A DNA stretch of 33,545 nucleotides from Patescibacteria group bacterium (GCA_018826405.1 JAHJZL010000048.1:1-33545), one strand, 5' to 3'. Shown: positions 26,167 through 33,504, numbered from the stretch's first letter. Notes: generated by a model from the sequence alone, not told the origin. Made by a program: numbers and translations.

Positions 26167-27051
26167 ATGAACACAGAGGAACAAACCATGACCATAAACA
26201 GCCATTCCCTTAAGGAACATGGCGTTATGAACGCTGTGTATCCTGCGCAAATTCGCAGTGGTGTACTGGAAATTCAGCGCGCCTGCGAAGCCTTTTACTC
26301 GCTCCCGCTTGAGGTTAAGCGCCTGCTTCCGTATCAGCAGTTTGATGCTGAGTCGGGAGCTGGGTACGAGTACAAGGACAACAAAAACCAGCCCGGTATC
26401 TCTCCTTCAACTCGGGATTTCAAGGAAAACCTCCACCTTAAGATGAAATATCTGGGGTGGTTGCGGGAGAAAGCAGGAGCGAGTAACGAGCCTGTTATCG
26501 TCGAGCTCGTTGAAGCGTACGCGAGTTTCATGGGACATCTTGCCCCATGGGTTAGCGAGATCGCTACGGCTATTGAGGAGCAGCACGGAATTCCGGGGCT
26601 TGCCCGTGATGTGCTCGCGAACCAAGATCTGTGGGTCCTGCGCTCGCTCCACTACTTTGGAGACCGTAACGCAGACGCAGAGCTCGCGAAGCCGCACACT
26701 GACAAGTGCTGCTTCACGCCGCACTTGTACGAGAACGACTCCGGGCTTGAGCGTCTCACGTATGAAAATGCGTGGGTGCCCATGCCAGTTGGGGAAGGCG
26801 AGACTGCCATCATCCCCGGCATGCAGTTGCAGAACATCTCGGACAACGAGCTGCGCGCAACGTGGCATCGAGTTAAGGCGAACGAGCACACTGCAGTAGC
26901 CGGCCGCTTTTCAATGGTCTGCTTCGTAACTGCGGCGAACCGTCCCTTTATCGATTCAGCTCGGGCTGGAAGGATGCAGGATCTTGGTGTCGGCAGTACG
27001 TACCGTCTGCCGCTTGAAGAAGTGAGAAAACTCTTCAAGACCTCTGAATAG
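26167..27051 (+). CDS. 2-oxoglutarate/Fe(II)-dependent oxygenase (IPNS-like 2OG-FeII_Oxy family)
   Basis: H177-T-D179 (26695-26703), H234 in TWHRV (26866-26868) and R247-F-S249 (26905-26913) match HxD...H...RxS. An alternative start is ATG 26188. Confidence 0.72.
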   Translation: MNTEEQTMTINSHSLKEHGVMNAVYPAQIRSGVLEIQRACEAFYSLPLEVKRLLPYQQFDAESGAGYEYKDNKNQPGISPSTRDFKENLHLKMKYLGWLREKAGASNEPVIVELVEAYASFMGHLAPWVSEIATAIEEQHGIPGLARDVLANQDLWVLRSLHYFGDRNADAELAKPHTDKCCFTPHLYENDSGLERLTYENAWVPMPVGEGETAIIPGMQLQNISDNELRATWHRVKANEHTAVAGRFSMVCFVTAANRPFIDSARAGRMQDLGVGSTYRLPLEEVRKLFKTSE

Positions 27052-27055
27052 TTTC

Positions 27056-27083
27056 AAAGACCCGCACATCGGCGGGTTTTTTC
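27056..27083. terminator. terminator between the convergent oxygenase and DUF3298-like genes
   Basis: ACCCGC-ACATCG-GCGGGT flanked by AAAG on the 5' side and TTTTTT on the 3' side. Confidence 0.7.
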
Positions 27084-27084
27084 T

Positions 27085-27924
27085 TTAAGGAAGATAGGTA
27101 GGAAGCACTATGTCTTCAAGCTCTGCAAAGGGAATCGCAACGCTCTGGGGGCCAAGGGCATACGGGCCAACTTGGTATGGGGGGAAGAGGAGAACAAGAG
27201 TATCTCCTTCAATAACAAAGGTCTCAAAGTTGCTTGCCTTTGGCTCTGTGCCTTGCTGCAAGTAAGAAGAATCAATGCCGGTTCCAAATTTCTCTTGAAG
27301 ATTAAAACGGACAATCTCTGAAATACGCTTAAGGTATTCAGTACGAGGACTAAACAGATCCTTCAATTTAAGCTCTGTGCCTGTCTCAGCGTCAAAGACG
27401 AAGGTTCTGTAGAAAGAGTTCGGATGTGCCCCAAAGGTGTCCATGTAGAGCGTATACACGTATGAGACGGTGTGTGGGCCGAGTACTTCGTTGTACTCAA
27501 TAGCAAGCGCTTGTTTGCGGCCGTCATCGTAGCCAAGGATCTGAATGTCCTCCTTGGTGAGGCTTGCGAAGTTCCCGTCACGCTTAAAGCTCTGAATAGT
27601 TTCTTCAATAAAGTCCCGCATGCTTTCTATGGCCTTTGTGTCTGCCTGTATGCCTGCTGACACTGCGAGAGGGGTCTCAGAAGGGTATGCAGCTTCAATG
27701 TCGTAGTATTGCGCGTGCTCCCGTATTGTTTGGGGTTCGGCAGGTGGGATAACTACAGTTTCCTCAGGAGCGGACGCATAGGGCTCTGGTGCTTGGTGTG
27801 TGGCCATATACCAAAGAGACAGACCAAGAACTATAAGTATGAGCGCACCTGCGCCGAGCAGCTCTAGTTTCTGAATACGAGTGAGGGTGTGTAGGTTCCA
27901 CATATAGAGAGAAGTATAGCGCAT
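27085..27924 (-). CDS. membrane-anchored DUF4163/DUF3298-like (RsiV/PdaC-type) domain protein
   Basis: N-terminal TM LLGAGALILIVLGLSLWYM. The C-terminus LVLLFPPYQVGPYALGPQSVAIPFAELEDIV is typical of DUF3298. No SD. Confidence 0.6.
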   Translation of the reverse strand: MRYTSLYMWNLHTLTRIQKLELLGAGALILIVLGLSLWYMATHQAPEPYASAPEETVVIPPAEPQTIREHAQYYDIEAAYPSETPLAVSAGIQADTKAIESMRDFIEETIQSFKRDGNFASLTKEDIQILGYDDGRKQALAIEYNEVLGPHTVSYVYTLYMDTFGAHPNSFYRTFVFDAETGTELKLKDLFSPRTEYLKRISEIVRFNLQEKFGTGIDSSYLQQGTEPKASNFETFVIEGDTLVLLFPPYQVGPYALGPQSVAIPFAELEDIVLPTYLP

Positions 27925-27978
27925 AAAGGGAAAGGGCCGCTCGCAGGTTGCGGGCAGCCCTTGGAAGGATCTGTTGTT

Positions 27979-28125
27979 CTACAGGTAGATTTCCGGATCG
28001 TATCCGTCATCAGAGTGCCATCGCATGATGGAATCGATGCCGTCGTCCGAAATGTCTTCTTCGGGACTGGATTCTCCAGGTCCCTCAGTGTCAGCGGCAG
28101 GGAAGCCGCCCAAGTAGTTGGCCAT
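27979..28125 (-). CDS. hypothetical 48-aa highly acidic protein (below the ORF-track cutoff)
   Basis: My own translation is MANYLGGFPAADTEGPGESSPEEDISDDGIDSIMRWHSDDGYDPEIYL*. GAGGAGGAGG at 28131-28140 lies 5 nt before the ATG. Confidence 0.45.
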   Translation of the reverse strand: MANYLGGFPAADTEGPGESSPEEDISDDGIDSIMRWHSDDGYDPEIYL

Positions 28126-28163
28126 GTATTCCTCCTCCTCAACTACTTTTTCACCCTACCATG

Positions 28164-28187
28164 AAAAAAGCCATGCGCGAGCATGGC
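28164..28187 (-). terminator. intrinsic terminator of the 60-aa ORF
   Basis: On the minus strand: GCCATGC-TCGC-GCATGGC followed by TTTTTT. Confidence 0.65.
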
Positions 28188-28197
28188 CTTGCGGTAT

Positions 28198-28380
28198 TCA
28201 GGCGAAAGAGCCTACCAGTCGTCTCACGGCCGCGTGCGGGCTTTTAAAAGGCCCTCCGAACGGCTTGAGTGCTTCAGCGCCGAATTCTTCGGTCACCTCA
28301 GCGAGTGCAGCACCCACATCAGCATGCGGTACTGGCTCCTTAGATTCTCCAGGAGCCTCTTTGGGGGTGCTTGTGGTCAC
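28198..28380 (-). CDS. hypothetical 60-aa protein (SD-bearing, GTG start)
   Basis: GGGAGG lies 5 nt before GTG 28380. The product is TTSTPKEAPGESKEPVPHADVGAALAEVTEEFGAEALKPFGGPFKSPHAAVRRLVGSFA. A terminator lies downstream. Confidence 0.5.
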   Translation of the reverse strand: MTTSTPKEAPGESKEPVPHADVGAALAEVTEEFGAEALKPFGGPFKSPHAAVRRLVGSFA

Positions 28381-28430
28381 GTATACCTCCCTCTATGAGC
28401 ACTTAGGCACCCTAGCATAGAGCCAATTGT

Positions 28431-28459
28431 TTGACACTTCCGCTTGTTTCATATAGATT
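28431..28459 (+). promoter_or_regulatory. rpsS restart promoter TTGACA-N17-TAGATT
   Basis: -35 at 28431-28436 and -10 at 28454-28459. The extended match AGCCAATTGTTTGACA is shared with the rpsN promoter. Confidence 0.5.
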
Positions 28460-28497
28460 CTATCTATCCCGCCTGGCGGGCTTTCCATTGTCTATCT

Positions 28498-28845
28498 ATG
28501 TCCCGATCCCTTAAAAAAGGCCCATACATTGACCAGAAGCTTATGAAAAAGCTCCTGGACAAAAAGCCGTCAGCGACCGGTACTATTAAGACATGGGCCC
28601 GAAATAGCCAGATTGCTCCTGAGTTTGTTGGATTCACCTTTGGTGTACACAACGGCAAGCAGCACGTAGACGTACTCGTATCTGAGGATATGGTCGGACA
28701 TCGTCTTGGCGAGTTTTCTCCAACGAAGAAATTCGTTCGTCACGGAGGAAAGATGCAGAAGCAACTTGAAGAGAAGAAGAAGGTTGCAGAAATTGCAGCT
28801 GCTAAAGCTGCTAAGGCCGCTCCTTCTCCAGCTAAAAAGAAATAG
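28498..28845 (+). CDS. rpsS: 30S ribosomal protein S19 with a Lys/Ala-rich C-terminal tail
   Basis: [12 protein letters not shown].., [13 protein letters not shown] and a [22 protein letters not shown] tail. Confidence 0.95.
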   Translation: MSRSLKKGPYIDQKLMKKLLDKKPSATGTIKTWARNSQIAPEFVGFTFGVHNGKQHVDVLVSEDMVGHRLGEFSPTKKFVRHGGKMQKQLEEKKKVAEIAAAKAAKAAPSPAKKK

Positions 28846-28847
28846 CT

Positions 28848-29243
28848 ATGGCATCTACAGGAACACACAAACAGCCTGCGCAGACGCGTAAGGACGAAGA
28901 CAAGAAGGCTATTCGTGCTTCTCTTTCTACATACAACCAGTCACCTCGTAAGGTGCGCCTCGTTACTGACCTCGTTAAGGGAAAGAAAGTAAATGAGGCA
29001 GTTACAGCACTCGCATTCCTTCCAAAGCGCGCCGCGCTTCCAATAAAGAAGCTTATTGAGTCTGCTGCAGCAACTGCTAAAGGACGTGGAGAGGATATAG
29101 ATACCCTCCGCATTGCAGATGTCCGCGTAGACAGTGCTGGTATGTTCACTCGCTTCATGCCTCGCGCTATGGGTCGTGCAGCTCCTATCCGCAAGCGTCG
29201 TAGCCGCATCACGCTTCGTTTGACTTCAGACACCACTAAATAA
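28848..29243 (+). CDS. rplV: 50S ribosomal protein L22
   Basis: SPRKVRLVTDLVKGKKVNEA and RFMPRAMGRA..I.KR.S.IT. Confidence 0.95.
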   Translation: MASTGTHKQPAQTRKDEDKKAIRASLSTYNQSPRKVRLVTDLVKGKKVNEAVTALAFLPKRAALPIKKLIESAAATAKGRGEDIDTLRIADVRVDSAGMFTRFMPRAMGRAAPIRKRRSRITLRLTSDTTK

Positions 29244-29244
29244 C

Positions 29245-29940
29245 ATGACACACACCGTTCATCCGTACGCACACCGCCTAGGCATCATCCGTGATTGGAA
29301 GAGCCGCTGGTTCGCTACAGACAAGCAGTCATTCCGCGAGAACATCGCTGTAGATGAGGCTATTCGCGCATACTTCAAGAAGCGTGGACGCACCATGTAC
29401 ATCGCTGATATTGAGATCGAGCGCACTGCTGCTGAGATCCGCATCCTTTTGCATACAGCTCGCCCTGGTGTTGTTATCGGACGCAGTGGAGAAAACGCTA
29501 CAAAGCTTCGTAACGACCTTACGAAACTCGTTAACTCAAAGGCAACGGGCACAAAGCGTGCAGTGAAGCTCGATATCATTGAGGTTCGCCAGCCTGAGAC
29601 GTCTGCTGCAGTAGTAGGACTTATGGTTGCTGAAGGACTTGAGAAGCGCATGCCATTCCGCCGCGTGCTTAAGCAGACTGTTGAGAAAGTTATGGCAGTT
29701 CGCGAAGTAATCGGAGTACGCATCGTAGTATCTGGACGCCTCGGAGGTGCTGACATGTCTCGCACAGAGCAAATCAAGCGCGGACGTATTCCACTTCAGA
29801 CTTTCCGTGCAAACATTGATTACGCACACCAGGAAGCACTCCTTCCGTACGGCGTGATTGGTATCAAGGTGTGGATCTACCTTGGCGAGACCTTCGCTGA
29901 CCAGGCTGCTAACGGCCGCTCAGCAGCTCCTAAACACTAA
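29245..29940 (+). CDS. rpsC: 30S ribosomal protein S3
   Basis: HPYAHRLGIIRDWKSRWF, a KH domain and GRLGGADMSRTE. Confidence 0.97.
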   Translation: MTHTVHPYAHRLGIIRDWKSRWFATDKQSFRENIAVDEAIRAYFKKRGRTMYIADIEIERTAAEIRILLHTARPGVVIGRSGENATKLRNDLTKLVNSKATGTKRAVKLDIIEVRQPETSAAVVGLMVAEGLEKRMPFRRVLKQTVEKVMAVREVIGVRIVVSGRLGGADMSRTEQIKRGRIPLQTFRANIDYAHQEALLPYGVIGIKVWIYLGETFADQAANGRSAAPKH

Positions 29941-29944
29941 TCGT

Positions 29945-30364
29945 ATGTTGTTCCCTAAGAAAGTTAAGCACCGCAAGTGGCAGACAGCTCGCAAGAGTCC
30001 TGAGAAGCTCGCACGTCCTGATACTCGTGGTATCACCGTTGCGTTTGGTTCATACGGTCTTCGTGCAACAACGCCTTCACGTGTTACTTCAAATCAAATT
30101 GAGGCAGCTCGTAAAGTACTCACTCGCGTAACTGGAAAGGGAGGCAAGCTCTGGATTCGCATCTTCCCTGATCGTCCTATAACGAACAAGCCAGCTGAGG
30201 TGGGCATGGGTAAGGGAAAGGGAGATCCAAAGCACTTTGTGTTTGAGGTTCGTCCTGGACGCATTCTCTTTGAGCTTGATGGTGTTGATGATGCTAAGGC
30301 TCGTGACGCCCTTCGCCGTGCAGGAGCGAAACTCCCTCTTAAGACAACAGTAATTACCCGATAA
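29945..30364 (+). CDS. rplP: 50S ribosomal protein L16
   Basis: MLFPKKVKHRK.., IEAARK, KPAEVGMGKGKG. Confidence 0.95.
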   Translation: MLFPKKVKHRKWQTARKSPEKLARPDTRGITVAFGSYGLRATTPSRVTSNQIEAARKVLTRVTGKGGKLWIRIFPDRPITNKPAEVGMGKGKGDPKHFVFEVRPGRILFELDGVDDAKARDALRRAGAKLPLKTTVITR

Positions 30365-30365
30365 T

Positions 30366-30560
30366 ATGGCTAAGAAACTTTCATTCAAGGACAAGAAGCC
30401 AGAGGAGATTCAGAAACTCCTCACTGAAAAGCGCGAGGAGCTTCGCTCACTTCGTTTTGCAGCTGCTGGCGCTCGTCCAAAAGATGCATCCGCTGCCGCT
30501 AAGGTCCGCAAGGATATCGCTCGTCTTCTAACTGAGGAGACCGCGCAGAAGAACGCATAA
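30366..30560 (+). CDS. rpmC: 50S ribosomal protein L29
   Basis: LTEKREELRSLRF and KVRKDIARLLT, 64 aa, in the canonical position. Confidence 0.9.
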   Translation: MAKKLSFKDKKPEEIQKLLTEKREELRSLRFAAAGARPKDASAAAKVRKDIARLLTEETAQKNA

Positions 30561-30564
30561 CCCT

Positions 30565-30807
30565 ATGGAACACACACCCGCAAAACCACAGTCATTCAAA
30601 GGAACCGTTGTTAAAACGGCAATGAAAGATACGGCTACCGTTGCTGTTTCTCGCTACGTGAAGCATCCTAAGTACAAGAAGTACCAGACACGCACGAAGA
30701 AGTTCCTTGTGCATGACGAGGGAAACACTGTTGAGGTTGGGGACGAGGTAACTATTGTTGCTTGCGCGCCTATCTCAAAACTTAAGTCGTTCAAGATAGC
30801 TAAGTAA
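30565..30807 (+). CDS. rpsQ: 30S ribosomal protein S17
   Basis: GTVVKTAMKDTATVAVSRYVKHPKYKKY..HDE.N....GD.V.I..C.P.SK. Confidence 0.93.
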   Translation: MEHTPAKPQSFKGTVVKTAMKDTATVAVSRYVKHPKYKKYQTRTKKFLVHDEGNTVEVGDEVTIVACAPISKLKSFKIAK

Positions 30808-30814
30808 ATTATTT

Positions 30815-31192
30815 ATGGTACAGCCCCAGTCAATCGTTAAAGTTGCAGACAATTCAGGCGCCAAGATCGCGCGTGTCTTCAAAGTGCTCGGGGGCTCAAA
30901 GCGCCGCTATGCAGAAATTGGAGACGTCGTTGTGGTGTCAGTCCAGACTGCAGAGCCTCGCAAGGCCGTAAAGAAGAAAGATATCTACAAGGCAGTAGTT
31001 GTTCGTCAGCGCAAGGCATTCCGCCGCGCTTCAGGTATTTACGTACGTTTTGATGACAACGCTGTAGTGCTTATTGAAAAGCAGGGTAAGGAAATGGGAC
31101 CAAAGGGTAACCGCGTATTCGGTCCTGTACCTCGCGACCTCGTTGATCGCGGATGGCAGAACATTGCCTCTCTAGCCCCTGAAGTTGTCTAA
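30815..31192 (+). CDS. rplN: 50S ribosomal protein L14
   Basis: VADNSGAK, KRRYA.IGDV, FDDNA and GPVPRDL. Confidence 0.97.
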   Translation: MVQPQSIVKVADNSGAKIARVFKVLGGSKRRYAEIGDVVVVSVQTAEPRKAVKKKDIYKAVVVRQRKAFRRASGIYVRFDDNAVVLIEKQGKEMGPKGNRVFGPVPRDLVDRGWQNIASLAPEVV

Positions 31193-31203
31193 CCTCTACG
31201 TAT

Positions 31204-31545
31204 ATGTCAAAAGCAACTCAAGGAAAGCAAACTGCAAAGTTTAAAATAAAGAAAGGCGACACCGTCGTAGTAATTTCAGGCAAGGACAAAGGCAAGACTG
31301 GTTCAGTTGAGCGTGTTCTTCGTGAAGAAGCTAAGGTTGTTGTTGAGGGTGTTGCGCTTGTTAAGCGCCACAACCGCGGACTTCGTGGTCAGACTGGCCG
31401 CATTGTAGAGAAGCCACGTGCTATCTCAATCTCAAACGTTATGATTCAGGATCCTAAGGAGAAGAAGGGAACCCGTGTTAAGCGCGAGATGAAGGATGGA
31501 AAGCGCGTTCGTGTTTCAGTTAAGAGTGGCACGACACTCTCCTAA
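31204..31545 (+). CDS. rplX: 50S ribosomal protein L24
   Basis: KIKKGDTVVVISGKDKGKTG.V (KOW motif). Confidence 0.93.
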   Translation: MSKATQGKQTAKFKIKKGDTVVVISGKDKGKTGSVERVLREEAKVVVEGVALVKRHNRGLRGQTGRIVEKPRAISISNVMIQDPKEKKGTRVKREMKDGKRVRVSVKSGTTLS

Positions 31546-32093
31546 TGAATTTGCGTATGATGATGACTAAAGAAAAACAGGCAAAAGCATTTGATGCACT
31601 TAAAGAGAAGTTCGGATACACGAACCTCTTTGCAACACCACGTCTTCAGAAGATCGTTGTGTCTTCAGGTGTGGGTAAGGCAGACAAGGCTCGTAAGGCA
31701 TTTGTTGAGAAGCGCCTCGCAACCATTACAGGTCAGAAGGCATCTCCTCGCGCGTCTAAGCAGTCTATTGCGCAGTTCAAGATGCGTCAGGGCGAGATCG
31801 TTGGGTACCAGGTGACTATGCGTGGAGCTCGTATGAATGACTTCCTCGACAAGCTCATTCATATCACGCTTCCTCGTACTCGTGACTTCCGTGGACTCTC
31901 AGCGACAGCGATTGATGAGATGGGGAACCTAACGATTGGTATTAAGGACCACACTATCTTCCCAGAGACTGCAGACGAAGATCTTAAGGATGTGTTTGGA
32001 GTTGCTGTTACGCTCGTAACAACAGCAAAGAACAAGGAAGAGGCAGAGGCATTCTTCCGCTACCTTGGGTTGCCGTTTACTGCGCCTAAGTAA
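31545..32093 (+). CDS. rplE: 50S ribosomal protein L5
   Basis: PRLQKIVVSSGVG, QVTMRG.RM..FLDKLI..LPR.RDFRGL. TAATG overlap with rplX. The exact Met is uncertain. Confidence 0.94.
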   Translation: MNLRMMMTKEKQAKAFDALKEKFGYTNLFATPRLQKIVVSSGVGKADKARKAFVEKRLATITGQKASPRASKQSIAQFKMRQGEIVGYQVTMRGARMNDFLDKLIHITLPRTRDFRGLSATAIDEMGNLTIGIKDHTIFPETADEDLKDVFGVAVTLVTTAKNKEEAEAFFRYLGLPFTAPK

Positions 32094-32111
32094 AGTTGCA
32101 GAGAGGAGTAT

Positions 32112-32137
32112 AAAAGAGCCCGGAAACGGGCTCTTTT
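32112..32137 (+). terminator. intrinsic terminator after rplE
   Basis: AAAAGAGCCCG-GAAA-CGGGCTCTTTT: a 7-bp GC stem with a GNRA loop and a T-run. Confidence 0.8.
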
Positions 32138-32163
32138 GACATATAAAGGAATGCTTGTAGTAT
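32136..32163 (+). promoter_or_regulatory. candidate promoter TTGACA-N16-TAGTAT for the lipoprotein ORF
   Basis: -35 at 32136-32141 overlaps the terminator T-run. -10 at 32158-32163. Confidence 0.42.
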
Positions 32164-32214
32164 CAAAATATTGAGTTTGGTATACAACTGAACTCTCCAA
32201 CACTGGAGGTTTGA

Positions 32215-32706
32215 ATGAAAAAGATGTTCTTTGCAGGGGCTTTGGCTCTTGCGCTTGGCGCATGTGGGGCTTCGACAACGGAGCCGCAGCGCTACGAAGT
32301 CCCGGTCGATTACCGGGAACCTGTCGGAGCCGTCGTCGTGAAGCTCGGACTCAGCACGGAAGAAGTTCCGGTGTTTGAGACCATGGGCCTCAGCGAAAAC
32401 GGCACCGGCGAGGATTTTCGCTGGATGCGCGTCGTGCGTGCGGGGGAGCTGCAGAACACCTACAGTTCCGAAAACGGGTTTCACCCCGCTGACGCACGCG
32501 AAATGCTGGCGTTCTACGCCAAGCATCCGGAAGCAGTCCCCGAAAAGGGCCTGTGTGCTCCAGGCGACCAGCTGCCGCTTGGCGAAGGGATGACGGGCGT
32601 TCCTGTCATCACACAGGCGGGTCGACTGGGTGTTTTCGCTCACGGCTGCAGCAAACCCGGTCGCAGGGTCCTTGTGGTGCGTGATTTCACTCGCTCACGG
32701 CCCTGA
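32215..32706 (+). CDS. hypothetical lipoprotein (163 aa, SD-bearing, G+C-rich)
   Basis: GGAGG lies 5 nt before the ATG. Signal peptide MKKMFFAGALALALGAC with an L-G-A-C lipobox. A strong terminator lies downstream. Confidence 0.62.
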   Translation: MKKMFFAGALALALGACGASTTEPQRYEVPVDYREPVGAVVVKLGLSTEEVPVFETMGLSENGTGEDFRWMRVVRAGELQNTYSSENGFHPADAREMLAFYAKHPEAVPEKGLCAPGDQLPLGEGMTGVPVITQAGRLGVFAHGCSKPGRRVLVVRDFTRSRP

Positions 32707-32713
32707 ACAATGT

Positions 32714-32750
32714 GGTCCCCATGCCTTCCTTGGCATGGGGACCATTTTCT
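32714..32750 (+). terminator. intrinsic terminator after the lipoprotein ORF
   Basis: GGTCCCCATGCC-TTCCTT-GGCATGGGGACC: a 12-bp perfect stem followed by ATTTTCTTT. Confidence 0.8.
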
Positions 32751-32763
32751 TTGAAGCCAATGT

Positions 32764-32792
32764 TTGACAGGCTATATTGTTACTGATAGATT
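32764..32792 (+). promoter_or_regulatory. rpsN restart promoter TTGACA-N17-TAGATT
   Basis: -35 at 32764-32769 and -10 at 32787-32792. It is preceded by AGCCAATGTT, as in the rpsS promoter. Confidence 0.5.
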
Positions 32793-32824
32793 ACATGAAC
32801 GGCTCCCCGGAGCTATTTTTTCTT

Positions 32825-33094
32825 ATGGCCAAAGCCTCACAAATCGCCCGCAACAACAAGAAGATTAAGCTTGTTGAGAAGTACGCAGAAAAGCGTGCTG
32901 CTCTTAAGGCTGCTGGCGATTGGGAGGGGCTTCAGAAGCTGCCTAAGAACTCATCTCCGGTACGTGTAAAGAATCGCTGTGCAGTTACAGGTCGTCAGCG
33001 AGGCTTTATGCGCCACTTTGGTCTTTCCCGCATCACATTCCGCGAGCTTGCTCGTGAGGGAAAGATTCCAGGTGTTAAGAAGGCATCCTGGTAA
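32825..33094 (+). CDS. rpsN: 30S ribosomal protein S14 (long form, without a zinc motif)
   Basis: [13 protein letters not shown].., RVKNRC..TGR.RGF.R.FGLSRI.FRELA..G.IPGV.KASW. It has a single Cys, so it is not the Zn-ribbon form. Confidence 0.93.
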   Translation: MAKASQIARNNKKIKLVEKYAEKRAALKAAGDWEGLQKLPKNSSPVRVKNRCAVTGRQRGFMRHFGLSRITFRELAREGKIPGVKKASW

Positions 33095-33103
33095 TATTTT
33101 TGT

Positions 33104-33493
33104 ATGGTAACTGACCGCGTAGGAGATTTCATCATCCGCTTGAAGAATGCAGGCGCTATTGGCAAGGAAAAGATTTCCATGCCGTATTCAAAGCACGTTG
33201 AGGAAATTGCTAACAAGCTTAAGTCTTTGGGCTATGTTGGAGAGGTTTCTAAGGGGAAGGCCCCATACACCTTTGAAGTTGTACTTGCCTATGACGAGCG
33301 TGGAGAGCACAAGATCCGCGGCGTAAAGCGCATTTCAAAGCCAGGACGCCGCCTCTACACTCCAGCTGCAGAAGCACACAGTGTTAAGAACGGTATTGGA
33401 GCTCGCTTGATCTCAACTCCACGAGGAGTACTAACAGATCGTGAGGCACGAAAGCTTCGCTCAGGAGGAGAGGATCTCTTCGAGATTTGGTAA
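33104..33493 (+). CDS. rpsH: 30S ribosomal protein S8
   Basis: DRVGDFIIRLKNA.., ISKPGRR.Y and ISTPRGVLTDREAR. Confidence 0.95.
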   Translation: MVTDRVGDFIIRLKNAGAIGKEKISMPYSKHVEEIANKLKSLGYVGEVSKGKAPYTFEVVLAYDERGEHKIRGVKRISKPGRRLYTPAAEAHSVKNGIGARLISTPRGVLTDREARKLRSGGEDLFEIW

Positions 33494-33504
33494 TTACGAT
33501 TTCT

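Noticed and set aside
28118-28420. Plus-strand ORFs of 100 and 71 aa opposite the 60-aa minus-strand ORF
   Set aside because: They have no SD. The local terminator (T-run on the minus strand) and the SD both support minus-strand coding.
32086-32643. 185-aa minus-strand ORF opposite the lipoprotein gene
   Set aside because: It is a shadow ORF in G+C-rich DNA. It has no start context, would run into the rplE terminator and stop, and the plus-strand ORF has an SD, a signal peptide and a terminator.
10536-32760. Inserted cassettes as classical mobile elements (IS, MITE or integron cassettes)
   Set aside because: There is no transposase or integrase in the window. I found no terminal inverted repeats or attC-like sites at the cassette borders, and only one weak 9-nt direct repeat near rpsS.
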